DNA of 64,000 nucleotides from the human T2T-CHM13v2.0 reference genome, Homo sapiens. The notes under the pieces were generated by a model. The model did not search any database. It saw nothing but the letters and a program-made list of their open reading frames with translations, and was not told where the DNA came from. A program made the position numbers and the translations under genes. Shown here piece by piece: positions 26,201 to 40,700 of the stretch (positions are counted from its first letter, which is position 1; each line of letters starts with the position of its first letter). The stretch is from the NCBI RefSeq assembly GCF_009914755.1, contig NC_060948.1. One strand, written 5' to 3'.

Positions 26201-29200
26201 ATGTGTCCAGAGTTTCTTCCTTCTGGCAGGTTCATGGTCTTGCTCACTTCAAAAATGAAACTGCAGACCATTACGGTGAGTGTTACAGCACTTAAAGGTG
26301 TTATGTCCAGAGTTTGTTCCTTCAGATGTGTCCAGTTTCTTCCTCCTGGCAGGTTCATGGTCTTGCTCACTTCAAGAATGAAACTGTAGACCTTTACGGT
26401 GAGTGTTACAGCACTGAAAGATGTTATGTCCAGAGTTTTTTCCTTCAGATATTTCCAGAGTTTCTTCCATCTGGCAGGTTCATGGTCTTGGTCACTTCAA
26501 GAATGAAACTGCAGACCTTAGTGGTGAGTGTTACTGCACTTAAAGGTGTTATGTCCAGAGTTTTTTCCTACAGATGTGTCCAGAGTTTCTTCCTTCTGGC
26601 AGGTTCATGGTCTTGCTCACTTCAAGAATGAAGCTACAGACCTTAGTTATGAGTGTTACAGCACTTAAAGGTATTATGCCCAGAGTTTGTTACTTCAGAT
26701 GTGTCCAGAGTTTCTCCCTTCTGGCAGGTTCATGGTCTTGCTCACTTCAAGAATGAAGCTGCATTCCTTAGTGGTGAGTGTTCCAGCACCTAAAGATGTT
26801 ATGTAAAGAGTTTGTTCCTTCAGATGTGTCCAAAGTTTCTTCAATTTGGCAGGTTCATAGTCTTGCTCACTTCAAGAGTGTAGCTGCAGAATTTAGTGGT
26901 GAGTGTTACAGCACTTAAAAGTGTTATGTCCATAGTTTGTTACTTCAGATGTGTCCAGATATTCTTCCTTCTGGCAGGTTCATGGTCTTGCTCACTTCAA
27001 GAAAGAATGAAGCTGCAGACCTTTACGGTGAGTGCTACAGCATATAAAGGTGTTATGTCCAGAGTTTTTTCCTACAGATGTGTCCAGAGTTTCTTCCTTC
27101 TGGCAGGTTCATGGTCTTGCTCAATTCAAGAATGAAGCTGCAGACCTTAGTTTTGAGTGTTACAGCACTTAAAAGTGTTATGTCCAGAGATTGTTCCTTC
27201 AGATGTGTCCAGAGTTTCTTCCTTCTGGCAGGTTCATGGTCTTGCTCACTTCAAGAATGAAGCTACAGACCTTAGGGGTGAGTGTTACAGTACTTAAGGG
27301 TGTTATGTCCAGAGTTTTTTCCTTCAGATGTGTTCAGAGTTTCTTCCAACTTGCATTTTCATGGTCTTGCTCACTTCAAGAGTGAAGCTGCAAAATTTAG
27401 TGGTGATTGTTACAGCACTTAAAGGTGTTATGTCCAGAGTTTGTTCCTTCAGATGTGTCGAGATATTCTTTCTTCTGGTATGTTCATGGTCTTGCTCACT
27501 TCAAGAAAGAATGAAGCTGTAGACCTTTACGGTGAGTGTTACAGCATATAAAGGTGTTATGTCCAGAGTTTTGTCCCTCAGATGTGTCCAGAATTTCTTC
27601 TTTCGGGGAGGTTCATGGTCTTGCTCACTTCAAGAATGAAGCTGCAGACCTTGGTGGTGATTGTTACAGCAGTTAAAGGTGTTTGTCCTGAGTTTGTTCC
27701 ATCGGATGTGTATAGAGTTTCTTCCTTCTGGCAAGTTGATGGTCTTGCTCACTTCAAGAACGAAGCTGCAGACCTTTACGGTGAGTGTCACAGCACTTAA
27801 AGGTGTTATGTCCAGAGTTTGTTCATTCAGATGTGTCCAGAATTTCTCCCTTCTGGCAGGTTCATGGTCTTGCTCACTTCAAGAATGAAGATGCAGACAT
27901 TTAGGGTGAGTGTTACGACACTTAAAAGTTTTATGTCCAGAGTTTGTTCCTTCAGATGTGGCCAGAGTTTCTTCCTTCTGGCAGGTTCACGGTCTTGCTC
28001 ACTTCAAGAATGAAGCTGCAGACCTAGGTGGTGAGCGTTACAGCAATTAAAGGTGTTATGTCCAGAGTTTGTACCGTCAGATACGTCTAGAGTTTCTTCT
28101 CTCTGGCAGGTTCATGGTCTTGCTCACTTCAAGAATGAAGCTGCAGACCTTAGTGGTGAGTGTTACAGTACTTAAAGTTGTTATGTCCAGAGTTTGTTCG
28201 TTCAGATGTGTCCAGAGTTTCTTCCATCTGGCAGGTTCATGGTCTTGCGCACTTCAAGAATGGAGCTGCAGACCTTTGAGGTGAGTGTTGCAACAATTAA
28301 AGGTGTTATGTCCAGGGTTTTTTCCTTCAGAGGTGTCCAGAGTTTCTTCTTTCTGGCAGGTTCATGGTCTTGCTCACTTCAAGAATGAAACTGTAGACCT
28401 TTACGGTGAGTGTTACAGCACTGAAAGATGTTATGTCCAGAGTTTTTTCCTTCAGATATTTCCAGAGTTTCTTCCATCTGGCAGGTTCATGGTCTTGCTC
28501 ACTTCAAGAATGAAGCTGCAGACCTTAGTGGTGAGGGTTACAGCACTTAAAGTTGTTTTATCCAGAGTTTTTTCCTTCAGATGTGTCCAGAGTTTCTTCC
28601 TTCTGGCATGTTCATGGTCTTGCTCACTTCAAGAATGAAGCTGCAGACCTTAGTGGTGGGTGTTACAGCACTTAAAGGTATTATGCCCAGAGTTTGTTAC
28701 TTCAGATGTGTCCAGAGTTTCTTCCTTCTGGCAGGTTCATGGTCTTGCTCACTTCAAGAATGAAGCTGCAGACATTTACGGTGAGTGTTACAGCACTTAA
28801 ATTTGTTATATCCAGAGTTTGTTCCTTCAGATGTGTCCAGAATTTCTTCCTTCTGGCAGGTTCATGGTCTTCCTTACTTCAAGAATGAAGCTGCAGACCT
28901 TTATGGTGAGTGTTACAGCACTTAAAAGTTTTATGTCCAGAGTTTGTTCCTTCAGATGTGTCCAGAGTTTCTTCCTTCAGGCAGGTTCATGGTCTTGCTC
29001 ACTTCAAGAATGAAGCTGCAGACCTAGGTGGTGAGCGTTACAGCACTTAAAGGTGTTATGTCCAGAGTTTGTTCCTTCAGATGTGTTCTGAGTTTCTTCC
29101 TTCTGGCAGGTTCATGGTCTTGCTCACTTCAAGAATGAAGCTGCAGACCTTAGTGGTGAATGTTACAGCAATTAAAGGTGTTATGTCCAGAGTGTTTTCT

Positions 29201-32200
29201 TTCAGATGTGTCCGGAGTTTCTTCCATCTGGCAGGTTCATGGTCTTGCTCACTTCAAGAGTGAAGCTGCAGAATTTAGTGGTGAGTGTTACAGCACTTAA
29301 ATGTGTTATGTCCAGAGTTTGTTCCTTCAGATGTGTCCAGATATTCTTCCTTCTTGCAGGGTCATGGTCTTGCTCACTTCAAGAAGGAATGAAGGTGCAG
29401 ACCTTTACGGTGAGTGTTACAGCATATAAAGTTGTTATGTACGGAGTTTAGTCCTTCAGATGTGTCCAGAGTTTCTTCCTTCGGGCAGGTTCATGGTATT
29501 GCTCACTTCAAGAATAAAGCTGCAGACCTTGGTGGTGAGTGTTAGAGCACTTAAAGGTGTTATGTTCAGAGTTTGTTCCATCAGATGTGTATAGAGTTTC
29601 TTCCTTCTGGCAGGTTCATGGACTTGTTCACTCCAAGAATGAAGCTGCAGACCTTTACGGTGAGTGTTACAGCACTTAAAGTTGTTATATTCAGAGTTTG
29701 TTCCTTCAGATGTGTCCAGAGTTTCCTTCTTCTCTCAGGTTCATGGCCTTGTTCAATTCAAGATTGAATCTCCAGACCTTTACGGTGAGTTTTACAGCAC
29801 TTAAAAGTGTTATGTTCAGAGTTTGTTCCTTCAGTTTTGTCCAGAGTTTCTTTCTTCTAGCAGGTTCATGGTCTTGCTCACTTCAAGAATGAAGCTGCAC
29901 ACCTTGGTGGTGAGTGTTCCAGCACTTAAAAGTGTTATGTCCAGAGTTTGTTCCATCAGATGTGTATAGACTTTCTTCCTTCTGGCAGGTTCATGGTCTT
30001 GCTTACTTCAAGAATGAAGCTGCAGACATTTACGGTGAGTGTTACAGCAATTAAAGTTGTTATATCCAGAGTTTGTTCCGTAAGATGTGTCTAGAGTTTC
30101 TTCCTTCTGGCATGTTCATGGTATTGCTCACTTCAAGTAAGAATGAAGCTGCAGACCTTTACGGTGATTGTTACAGCATATAAAGTGTTATGTCCAAAGT
30201 TTGTTCCTTCAGATGTGTCCAGAGTTTCTTCCTTCTGGCAGGTTCATGTTCTTGCTCACTTTAAGAATGAGGCTGCAGACCTAGGTGGTGAGTGTTACAG
30301 CACTTAAAGGTGTGATGTCCAGAGTTTGTTCCTTCAGATGTGTCCAGAGTTTCTTTCTTCTGGCAGGTTCATGGTCTTGCTCACTTCAAGAATGAAGCTC
30401 CAGTCCTTTACGGTGAGTGTTACAGCACTTAAAAGTGTTATGTCCAGAGCTTTTTTCCTTCAGATGTGTCCAGAGTTTCTTCCTTCTGGCAGGTTCATGG
30501 TCTTGCTCACTTCAAAAATGAAACTGCAGACGATTACGGTGAGTGTTACAGCACTTAAAGGTGTTATGTCCAGAGTTTGTTCCTTCAGATGTGTCCAGTT
30601 TCTTCCTCCTGGCAGGTTCATGGTCTTGCTCACTTCAAGAATGAAACTGTAGACCTTTACGGTGAGTGTTACAGCACTGAAAGATGTTATGTCCAGAGTT
30701 TTTTCCTTCAGATATTTCCAGAGTTTCTTCCATCTGGCAGGTTCATGGTCTTGGTCACTTCAAGAATGAAACTGCAGACCTTAGTGGTGAGTGTTACTGC
30801 ACTTAAAGGTGTTATGTCCAGAGTTTTTTCCTACAGATGTGTCCAGAGTTTCTTCCTTCTGGCAGGTTCATGGTCTTGCTCACTTCAAGAATGAAGCTAC
30901 AGACCTTAGTTATGAGTGTTACAGCACTTAAAGGTATTATGCCCAGAGTTTGTTACTTCAGATGTGTCCAGAGTTTCTCCCTTCTGGCAGGTTCATGGTC
31001 TTGCTCACTTCAAGAATGAAGCTGCATTCCTTAGTGGTGAGTGTTCCAGCACCTAAAGATGTTATGTAAAGAGTTTGTTCCTTCAGATGTGTCCAAAGTT
31101 TCTTCAATTTGGCAGGTTCATAGTCTTGCTCACTTCAAGAGTGTAGCTGCAGAATTTAGTGGTGAGTGTTACAGCACTTAAAAGTGTTATGTCCATAGTT
31201 TGTTACTTCAGATGTGTCCAGATATTCTTCCTTCTGGCAGGTTCATGGTCTTGCTCACTTCAAGAAAGAATGAAGCTGCAGACCTTTACGGTGAGTGCTA
31301 CAGCATATAAAGGTGTTATGTCCAGAGTTTTTTCCTACAGATGTGTCCAGAGTTTCTTCCTTCTGGCAGGTTCATGGTCTTGCTCAATTCAAGAATGAAG
31401 CTGCAGACCTTAGTTTTGAGTGTTACAGCACTTAAAAGTGTTATGTCCAGAGATTGTTCCTTCAGATGTGTCCAGAGTTTCTTCCTTCTGGCAGGTTCAT
31501 GGTCTTGCTCACTTCAAGAATGAAGCTACAGACCTTAGGGGTGAGTGTTACAGTACTTAAGGGTGTTATGTCCAGAGTTTTTTCCTTCAGATGTGTTCAG
31601 AGTTTCTTCCAACTTGCATTTTCATGGTCTTGCTCACTTCAAGAGTGAAGCTGCAAAATTTAGTGGTGATTGTTACAGCACTTAAAGGTGTTATGTCCAG
31701 AGTTTGTTCCTTCAGATGTGTCGAGATATTCTTTCTTCTGGTATGTTCATGGTCTTGCTCACTTCAAGAATGAAACTGTAGACCTTTACGGTGAGTGTTA
31801 CAGCACTGAAAGATGTTATGTCCAGAGTTTTTTCCTTCAGATATTTCCAGAGTTTCTTCCATCTGGCAGGATCATGGTCTTGGTCACTTCAAGAATGAAG
31901 CTGCAGACCTTAGTGGTGAGGGTTACAGCACTTAAAAGTGTTATGTCCAGAGTTTTTTCCTACAGATGTGTCCAGAGTTTCTTCCTTCTGGCAGGTTCAT
32001 GGTCTTGCTCACTTCAAGAATGAAGCTACAGACCTTAGTGGTGAGTGTTACAGCACTTAAAGGTATTATGCCCAGAGTTTGTTACTTCAGATGTGTCCAG
32101 AGTTTCTCCCTTCTGGCAGGTTCATGGTCTTGCTCACTTTAAGAATGAAGCTGCAGACATTTACGGTGAGTGTTACAGCACTTATATTTGTTATATCCAG

Positions 32201-33754
32201 AGTTTATTCCTTCAGATGTGTCCAGAATTTCTTCCTTCTGGCGGGTTCATGGTCTTGCTCACTTCAAGAATGAAGCTGCAGACTTTTAGGGTGAGTGTTA
32301 CAGCACTTGAAAGTTTTATGTCCAGAGTTTGTTCCTTTAGATGTGTCCAGAGTTTCTTCCTTCAGGCAGGTTCATTGTCTTGCTCACTTTAAGAATGAAG
32401 CTGCAGACCTAGGTGGTGAGCGTTACAGCACTTAAAGGTGTTATGTCCAGAGTTTTTCCTTCAGATGTGTCCAGAGTTTCTTCCTTCTGGCAGGTTCATG
32501 GTATTGCACACTTCAAGAATGAAGCTGCAGAACTTTACGGTGAGTGTTATAGCACTTAAAGGTGTTATGTCCAGCGTTTGTTCCTTCAGATGTGTTCAGA
32601 GTTTCTTCCTTCTGGCAGGTTCATGGTCTTGCTCACTTCAAGAATGAAGCTGCAGACCTTAGTGGTGAATGTTACAGCAATTAAAGGTGTTATGTCCAGA
32701 GTTTTTTCTTTCAGATGTGTCCGGAGTTTCTTCCATCTGGCAGGTTCATGGTCTTGCTCACTTCAAGAGTGAAGCTGCAGAATTTAGTGGTGAGTGTTAC
32801 AGCACTTAAATGTGTTATGTCCAGAGTTTGTTCCTTCAGATGTGTCCAGATATTCTTCCTTCTTGCAGGGTCAAGGTCTTGCTCACTTCAAGAAAGAATG
32901 AAGATGCAGACCTTTACGGTGAGTGTTACAGCATATAAAGTTGTTATGTACGGAGTTTAGTCCTTCAGATTTGTCCAGAGTTTCTTCCTTCGGGCATGTT
33001 CATGGTATTGCTCACTTCAAAAATAAAGCTGCAGACATTGGTGTTGAGTGTTACAGCACTTAATGGTGTTATGTCCAGCGTTTGTTCCATCAGATATGTA
33101 TAGATTTTCTTCCTTCTGACAGGTTCATGGACTTGTTCACTTCAAGAACGAAGCTGCAGACCTTTACGGTGAGTGTTACAGCACTTAAAGGTGTTATATA
33201 CAGAGTTTGTTCCATAAGATGTGTCTAGAGTTTCTTCCTTCTGGCATGTTCATGGTCTTGCTCACTTCAAGAAAGAATGAAGCTGCAGACCATTACGGTG
33301 AGTGTTATAGCATATAAAGTGTTATGTCCAAAGTTTGTTCCTTCAGATGTGTCCAGAGTTTCTTCCTTCTGGCAGGTTCATGGTCTTGCTCACTTCAAGA
33401 ATGAAGCTGCACACCTTAGCGGTGAGTGTTACAGTACTTAAAGGTGTTATGTCCAGAGTTTTTTCCTTCAGATGTGTCCAGAGTTTCTTTCAACTTGCAT
33501 TTTCATGGTCTTGCTCACTTCAAGAGTGAAGCTGCAAAATTTAGTGGTGATTGTTACAGCACTTAAAGGTGTTATGTCCAGAGTTTGTTCCTTCAGATGT
33601 GTCCAGATATTCTTTCTTCTGGCATGTTCATGGTCTTGCTCACTTCAAGAAAGAATGAAGCTGTAGACCTTTACGGTGAGTGTTACAGCATATAAAGGTG
33701 TTATGTCCAGAGTTTTGTCCCTCAGATGTGTCCAGAATTTCTTCTTTCGGGCAG

Positions 33755-34794
33755 GTTCATGGTCTTGCTCACTTCAAGAATGAAGCTGCAGACCTTGGTG
33801 GTGATTGTTACAGCAGTTAAAGGTGTTTGTCCTGAGTTTGTTCCATCGGATGTGTATAGAGTTTCTTCCTTCTGGCAGGTTGATGGTCTTGCTCACTTCA
33901 AGAATGAAGCTGCAGACCTTTACGGTGAGTGTCACAGCACTTAAAGGTGTTATGTCCAGAGTTTGTTCATTCAGATGTGTCCAGAATTTCTTCCTTCTGG
34001 CAGGTTCATGGTCTTGCTCACTTCAAGAATGAAGATGTAGACATTTAGGGTGAGTGTTACGGCACTTAAAAGTTTTATGTCCAGAGTTTGTTCCTTCAGA
34101 TGTGGCCAGAGTTTCTTCCTTCTGGCAGGTTCACGGTCTTGCTCACTTCAAGAATGAAGCTGCAGACCTAGGTGGTGAGCGTTACAGCACTTAAAGGTGT
34201 TATGTCCAGAGTTTCTACCGTCAGATACGTCTAGAGTTTCTTCCCTCTGGCAGGTTCATGGTCTTGCTCACTTCAAGAATGAAGCTGCAGACCTTGGTGG
34301 TGATTGTTACAGCAGTTAAAGGTGTTTGTCCTGAGTTTGTTCCATCGGATGTGTATAGAGTTTCTTCCTTCTGGCAGGTTGATGGTCTTGCTCACTTCAA
34401 GAATGAAGCTGCAGACCTTTACGGTGAGTGTCACAGCACTTAAAGGTGTTATGTCCAGAGTTTGTTCATTCAGATGTGTCCAGAATTTCTTCCTTCTGGC
34501 AGGTTCATGGTCTTGCTCACTTCAAGAATGAAGATGTAGACATTTAGGGTGAGTGTTACGGCACTTAAAAGTTTTATGTCCAGAGTTTGTTCCTTCAGAT
34601 GTGGCCAGAGTTTCTTCCTTCTGGCAGGTTCACGGTCTTGCTCACTTCAAGAATGAAGCTGCAGACCTAGGTGGTGAGCGTTACAGCACTTAAAGGTGTT
34701 ATGTCCAGAGTTTCTACCGTCAGATACGTCTAGAGTTTCTTCCCTCTGGCAGGTTCATGGTCTTGCTCACTTCAAGAATGAAGCTGCAGACCTT
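33755..34794. repeat. Tandem duplication of a 4-monomer block (499 bp)
   Basis: ORFs 33805 and 34304 are identical. Rare variants (GGTGTTTGTCCTGAG, GAAGATGTAGACATTTAGGG, TTTCTACCGTCAGATACGTC) repeat at +499. Confidence 0.9.
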
Positions 34795-37779
34795 AGTGGT
34801 GAGTGTTACAGTACTTAAAGTTGTTATGTCCAGAGTTTGTTCGTTCAGATGTGTCCAGAGTTTCTTCCATCTGGCAGGTTCATGGTCTTGCGCACTTCAA
34901 GAATGGAGCTGCAGACCTTTGAGGTGAGTGTTGCAACAATTAAAGGTGTTGTGTCCAGGGTTTTTTCCTTCAGAGCTGTCCAGAGTTTCTTCCTTCTGGC
35001 AGGTTCATGGTCTTGCTCACTTCAAGAATGAAACTGTAGACCTTTACGGTGAGTGTTACAGCACTGAAAGATGTTATGTCCAGAGTTTGTTCCTTCAGAT
35101 ATTTCCAGAGTTTCTTCCATCTGGCAGGTTCATGGTCTTGTTCACTTCAAGAATGAAGCTGCAGACCTTAGTGGTGAGGGTTACAGCACTTAAAGTTGTT
35201 TTATCCAGAGTTTTTTCCTTCAGATGTGTCCAGAGTTTCTTCCTTCTGGCAGGTTCATGGTCTTGCTCACTTCAAGAATGAAGCTGCAGACCTTAGTGGT
35301 GGGTGTTACAGCACTTAAAGGTATTATGCTCAGAGTATCTTACTTCAGATGTGTCCAGAGTTTCTTCCTTCTGGCAGGTTCATGGTCTTGCTCACTTCAA
35401 GAATGAAGCTGCAGACATTTACGGTGAGTGTTACAGCACTTAAATTTGTTATATCCAGAATTTGTTCCTTCAGATGTGTCCAGAATTTCTTCCTTCTGGC
35501 AGGTTCATGGTCTTGCTTACTTCAAGAATGAAGCTGCAGACCTTTAGGGTGAGTGTTACAGCACTTAAAAGTTTTATGTCCACAGTTTGTTCCTTCAGAT
35601 GTGTCCAGAGTTTCTTCCTTCAGGCAGGTTCATGGTCTTGCTCACTTCAAGAATGAAGCTGCAGACCTAGGTGGTGAGCGTTACAGCACTTAAAGGTGTT
35701 ATGTCCAGAGTTTGTTCCTTCAGATGTGTTCTGAGTTTCTTCCTTCTGGGAGGTTCATGGTCTTGCTCACTTCAAGAATGAAGCTGCAGACCTTAGTGGT
35801 GAATGTTACAGCAATTAAAGGTGTTATGTCCAGAGTTTTTTCTTTCAGATGTGTCCGGAGTTTCTTCCATCTGGCAGGTTCAAGGTCTTGCTCACTTCAA
35901 GAGTGAAGCTGCAGAATTTAGTGGTGAGTGTTACAGCACTTAAATGTGTTATGTCCAGAGTTTGTTCCTTCAGATGTGTCCAGATATTCTTCCTTCTTGC
36001 AGGGTCATGGTCTTGCTCACTTCAAGAAAGAATGAAGGTGCAGACCTTTACGGTGAGTGTTACAGCATATAAAGTTGTTATGTACGGAGTTTAGTCCTTC
36101 AGATGTGTCCAGAGTTTCTTCCTTCGGGCAGGTTCATGGTATTGCTCACTTCAAGAATAAAGCTGCAGACCTTGGTGGTGAGTGTTAGAGCAGTTAAAGG
36201 TGTTATGTTCAGAGTTTTTTACATCAGATGTGTATAGAGTTTCTTCCTTCTGGCAGGTTCATGGACTTGTTCACTCCAAGAATGAAGCTGCAGACCTTTA
36301 CGGTGAGTGTTACAGCACTTAAAGTTGTTATATTCAGAGTTTGTTCCTTCAGATGTGTCCAGAGTTTCCTTCTTCTCTCAGGTTCATGGCCTTGTTCAAT
36401 TCAAGATTGAATCTCCAGACCTTTACGGTGAGTTTTACAGCACTTAAAAGTGTTATGTTCAGAGTTTGTTCCTTCAGTTTTGTCCAGAGTTTCTTTCTTC
36501 TGGCAGGTTCATGGTCTTGCTCACTTCAAGAATGAAGTTGCACACCTTGGTGGTGAGTGTTCCAGCACTTAAAAGTGTTATGTCCAGAGTTTGTTCCATC
36601 AGATGTGTATAGACTTTCTTCCTTCTGGCAGGTTCATGGTCTTGCTTACTTCAAGAATGAAGCTGCAGACATTTACGGTGAGTGTTACAGCAATTAAAGT
36701 TGTTATATCCAGAGTTTGTTCCGTAAGATGTGTCTAGAGTTTCTTCCTTCTGGCATGTTCATGGTATTGCTCACTTCAAGTAAGAATGAAGCTGCAGACC
36801 TTTACGGTGATTGTTACAGCATATAAAGTGTTATGTCCAAAGTTTGTTCCTTCAGATGTGTCCAGAGTTTCTTCCTTCTGGCAGGTTCATGTTCTTGCTC
36901 ACTTTAAGAATGAGGCTGCAGACCTAGGTGGTGAGTGTTACAGCACTTAAAGGTGTGATGTCCAGAGTTTGTTCCTTCAGATGTGTCCAGAGTTCCTTTC
37001 TTCTGACAGGTTCATGTTCTTGCTCTCTTCAAGAATGAAGCTCCAGTCCTTTACGGTGAGTGTTACAGCACTTAAAAGTGTTATGTCCAGAGTTTTTTCC
37101 TTCAGATGTGTCCAGAGTTTCTTCCTTCTGGCAGGTTCATGGTCTTGCTCACTTCAAAAATGAAACTGGAGACCATTACGGTGAGTGTTACAGCACTTAA
37201 AGGTGTTATGTCCAGAGTTTGTTCCTTCAGATGTGTCCAGTTTCTTCCTCCTGGCAAGTTCATGGTCTTGCTCACTTCAAGAATGAAACTGTAGACCTTT
37301 ACGGTGAGTGTTACAGCACTGAAAGATGTTATGTCCAGAGTTTTTTCCTTCAGATATTTCCAGAGTTTCTTCCATCTGGCAGGATCATGGTCTTGGTCAC
37401 TTCAAGAATGAAGCTGCAGACCTTAGTGGTGAGGGTTACAGCACTTAAAGGTGTTATGTCCAGAGTTTTTTTCTACAAATGTGTCCAGAGTTTCTTCCTT
37501 CTGGCTGGTTCATGGTCTTGCTCACTTCAAGAATGAAGCTACAGACCTTAGTGGTGAGTGTTACAGCACTTAAAGGTATTATGCCCAGGGTTTGTTACTT
37601 CAGATGTGTCCAGAGTTTCTCCCTTCTGGCAGGTTCATGGTCTTGCTCACTTCAAGAATGAAGCTGCAGACATTTACGGTGAGTGTTACAGCACTTATAT
37701 TTGTTGTATCCAGAGTTTGTTCCTTCAGATGTGTCCAGAATTTCTTCCTTCTGGCGGGTTCATGGTCTTGCTCACTTCA

Positions 37780-40700
37780 AGAATGAAGCTGCAGACCTTT
37801 AGGGTGAGTGTTACAGCACTTGAAAGTTTTATGTCCAGAGTTTGTTCCTTTAGATGTGTCCAGAGTTTCTTCCTTCAGGCAGGTTCATGGTCTTGCTCAC
37901 TTTAAGAATGAAGCTGCAGACCTAGGTGGTGATCGTTACAGCGTTTAAAGGTGTTATGTCCAGAGTTTTTCCTTCAGATGTGTCCAGAGTTTCTTCCTTC
38001 TGGCAGGTTCATGGTCTTGCACACTTCAAGAATGAAGCTGCAGAACTTTACGGTGAGTGTTATAGCACTTAAAGGTGTTATGTCCAGCGTTTGTTCCTTC
38101 AGATGTGTTCAGAGTTTCTTCCTTCTGGCAGGTTCATGGTCTTGCTCACTTCAAGAATGAAGCTGCAGACCTTAGTGGTGAATGTTACAGCAATTAAAGG
38201 TGTTATGTCCAGAGTTTTTTCTTTCAGATGTCTCCGGAGTTTCTTCCATCTGGCAGGTTCATGGTCTTGCTCACTTCAAGAGTGAAGCTGCAGAATTTAG
38301 TGGTGAGTGTTACAGCACTTAAATGTGTTATGTCCAGAGTTTGTTCCTTCAGATGTGTCCAGATATTCTTCCTTCTTGCAGGGTCAAGGTCTTGCTCACT
38401 TCAAGAAAGAATGAAGATGCAGACCTTTACGGTGAGTGTTACAGCATATAAAGTTGTTATGTACGGAGATTAGTCCTTCAGATTTGTCCACAGTTTCTTC
38501 CTTCGGGCAGGTTCATGGTATTGCTCACTTCAAGAATAAAGCTGCAGACATTGGTGTTGAGTGTTACAGCACTTAAAGGTGTTATGTCCAGCGTTTGTTC
38601 CATCAGATGTGCATAGATTTTCTTCCTTCTGGCAGGTTCATGGACTTCTTCACTTCAAGAATGAAGCTGCAGTCCTTTACGGTGAGTGTTACAGCACTTA
38701 AAGGTGTTATATACAGAGTTTGTTCCATAAGATGTGTCTAGAGTTTCTTCCTTCTGGCATGTTCATGGTCTTGCTCACTTCAAGAAAGAATGAAGCTGCA
38801 GACCATTACGGTGAGTGTTATAGCATATAAAGTGTTATGTCCAAAGTTTGTTCCTTCAGATGTGTCCAGAGTTTCTTCCTTCTGGCAGGTTCATGGTCTT
38901 GCTCACTTCAAGAATGAAGCTGCACACCTTAGCGGTGAGTGTTACAGTACTTAAAGGTGTTTTGTCCAGAGTTTTTTCCTTCAGATGTGTCCAGAGTTTC
39001 TTTCAACTTGCATTTTCATGGTCTTGCTCACTTCAATAGTGAAGCTGCAAAATTTAGTGGTGATTGTTACAGCACTTAAAGGTGTTATGTCCAGAGTTTG
39101 TTCCTTCAGATGTGTCCAGATATTCTTTCTTCTGGCATGTTCATGGTCTTGCTCACTTCAAGAAAGAATGAAGCTGTAGACCTTTACGGTGAGTGTTACA
39201 GCATATAAAGGTGTTATGTCCAGAGTTTTGTCCCTCAGATGTGTCCAGAATTTCTTCTTTCGTGCAGGTTCATGGTCTTGCTCACTTCAAGAATGAAGCT
39301 GCAGACCTTGGTGGTGATTGTTACAGCAGTTAAAGGTGTTTGTCCTGAGTTTGTTCCATCGGATGTGTATAGAGTTTCTTCCTTCTGGCAGGTTGATGGT
39401 CTTGCTCACTTCAAGAATGAAGCTGCAGACCTTTACGTTGAGTGTCACAGCACTTAAAGGTGTTATGTCCAGAGTTTGTTCATTCAGATGTGTCCAGAAT
39501 TTCTTCCTTCTGGCAGGTTCATGGTCTTGCTCACTTCAAGAATGAAGATGCAGACATTTAGGGTGAGTGTTACGACACTTAAAAGTTTTATGTCCAGAGT
39601 TTGTTCCTTCAGATGTGGCCAGAGTTTCTTCCTTCTGGCAGGTTCCCGGTCTTGCTCACTTCAAGAATGAAGCTGCAGACCTAGGTGGTGAGCGTTACAG
39701 CACTTAAAGGTGTTATGTCCAGAGTTTGTACCGTCAGATACGTCTAGAGTTTCTTCCCTCTGGCAGGTTCATGGTCTTGCTCACTTCAAGAATGAAGCTG
39801 CAGACCTTAGTGGTGAGTGTTATAGTACTTAAAGTTGTTATGTCCAGAGTTTGTTCGTTCAGATGTGTCCAGAGTTTCTTCCATCTGGCAGGTTCATGGT
39901 CTTGCGCACTTCAAGAATGAAGCTGCAGACCTTTGAGGTGAGTGTTGCAACAATTAAAGGTGTTATGTCCAGGGTTTGTTCCTTCAGAGGTGTCCAGAGT
40001 TTCTTCCTTCTGGCAGGTTCATGGTCTTGCTCACTTCAAGAATGAAACTGTAGACCTTTACGGTGAGTGTTACAGCACTGAAAGATGTTATGTCCAGAGT
40101 TTGTTCCTTCAGATGTTTCCAGAGTTTCTTCCATCTGGCAGGTTCATGGTCTTGCTCACTTCAAGAATGAAGCTGCAGACCTTAGTGGTGAGGGTTACAG
40201 CACTTAAAGTTGTTTTATCCAGAGTTTTTTCCGTCAGATGTGTCCAGAGTTTCTTCCTTCTGGCAGGTTCATGGTCTTGCTCACTTCAAGAATGAAGCTG
40301 CAGACCTTAGTGGTGGGTGTTACAGCACTTAAAGGTATTATGCCCAGAGGTTGTTACTTCAGATGTGTCCAGAGTTTCTTCCTTCTGGCAGGTTCATGGT
40401 CTTGCTCACTTCAAGAATGAAGCTGCAGACATTTACGGTGAGTGTTACAGCACTTAAATTTGTTATATCCAGAATTTGTTCCTTCAGATGTGTCCAGAAT
40501 TTCTTCCTTTTGGCAGGTTCATGGTCTTGCTTACTTCAAGAATGAAGCTGCAGACCTTTAGGGTGAGTGTTACAGCACTTGAAAGTTTTATGTCCAGAGT
40601 TTGTTCCTTTAGATGTGTCCAGAGTTTCTTCCTTCAGGCAGGTTCATGGTCTTGCTCACTTTAAGAATGAAGCTGCAGACCTAGGTGGTGATCGTTACAG

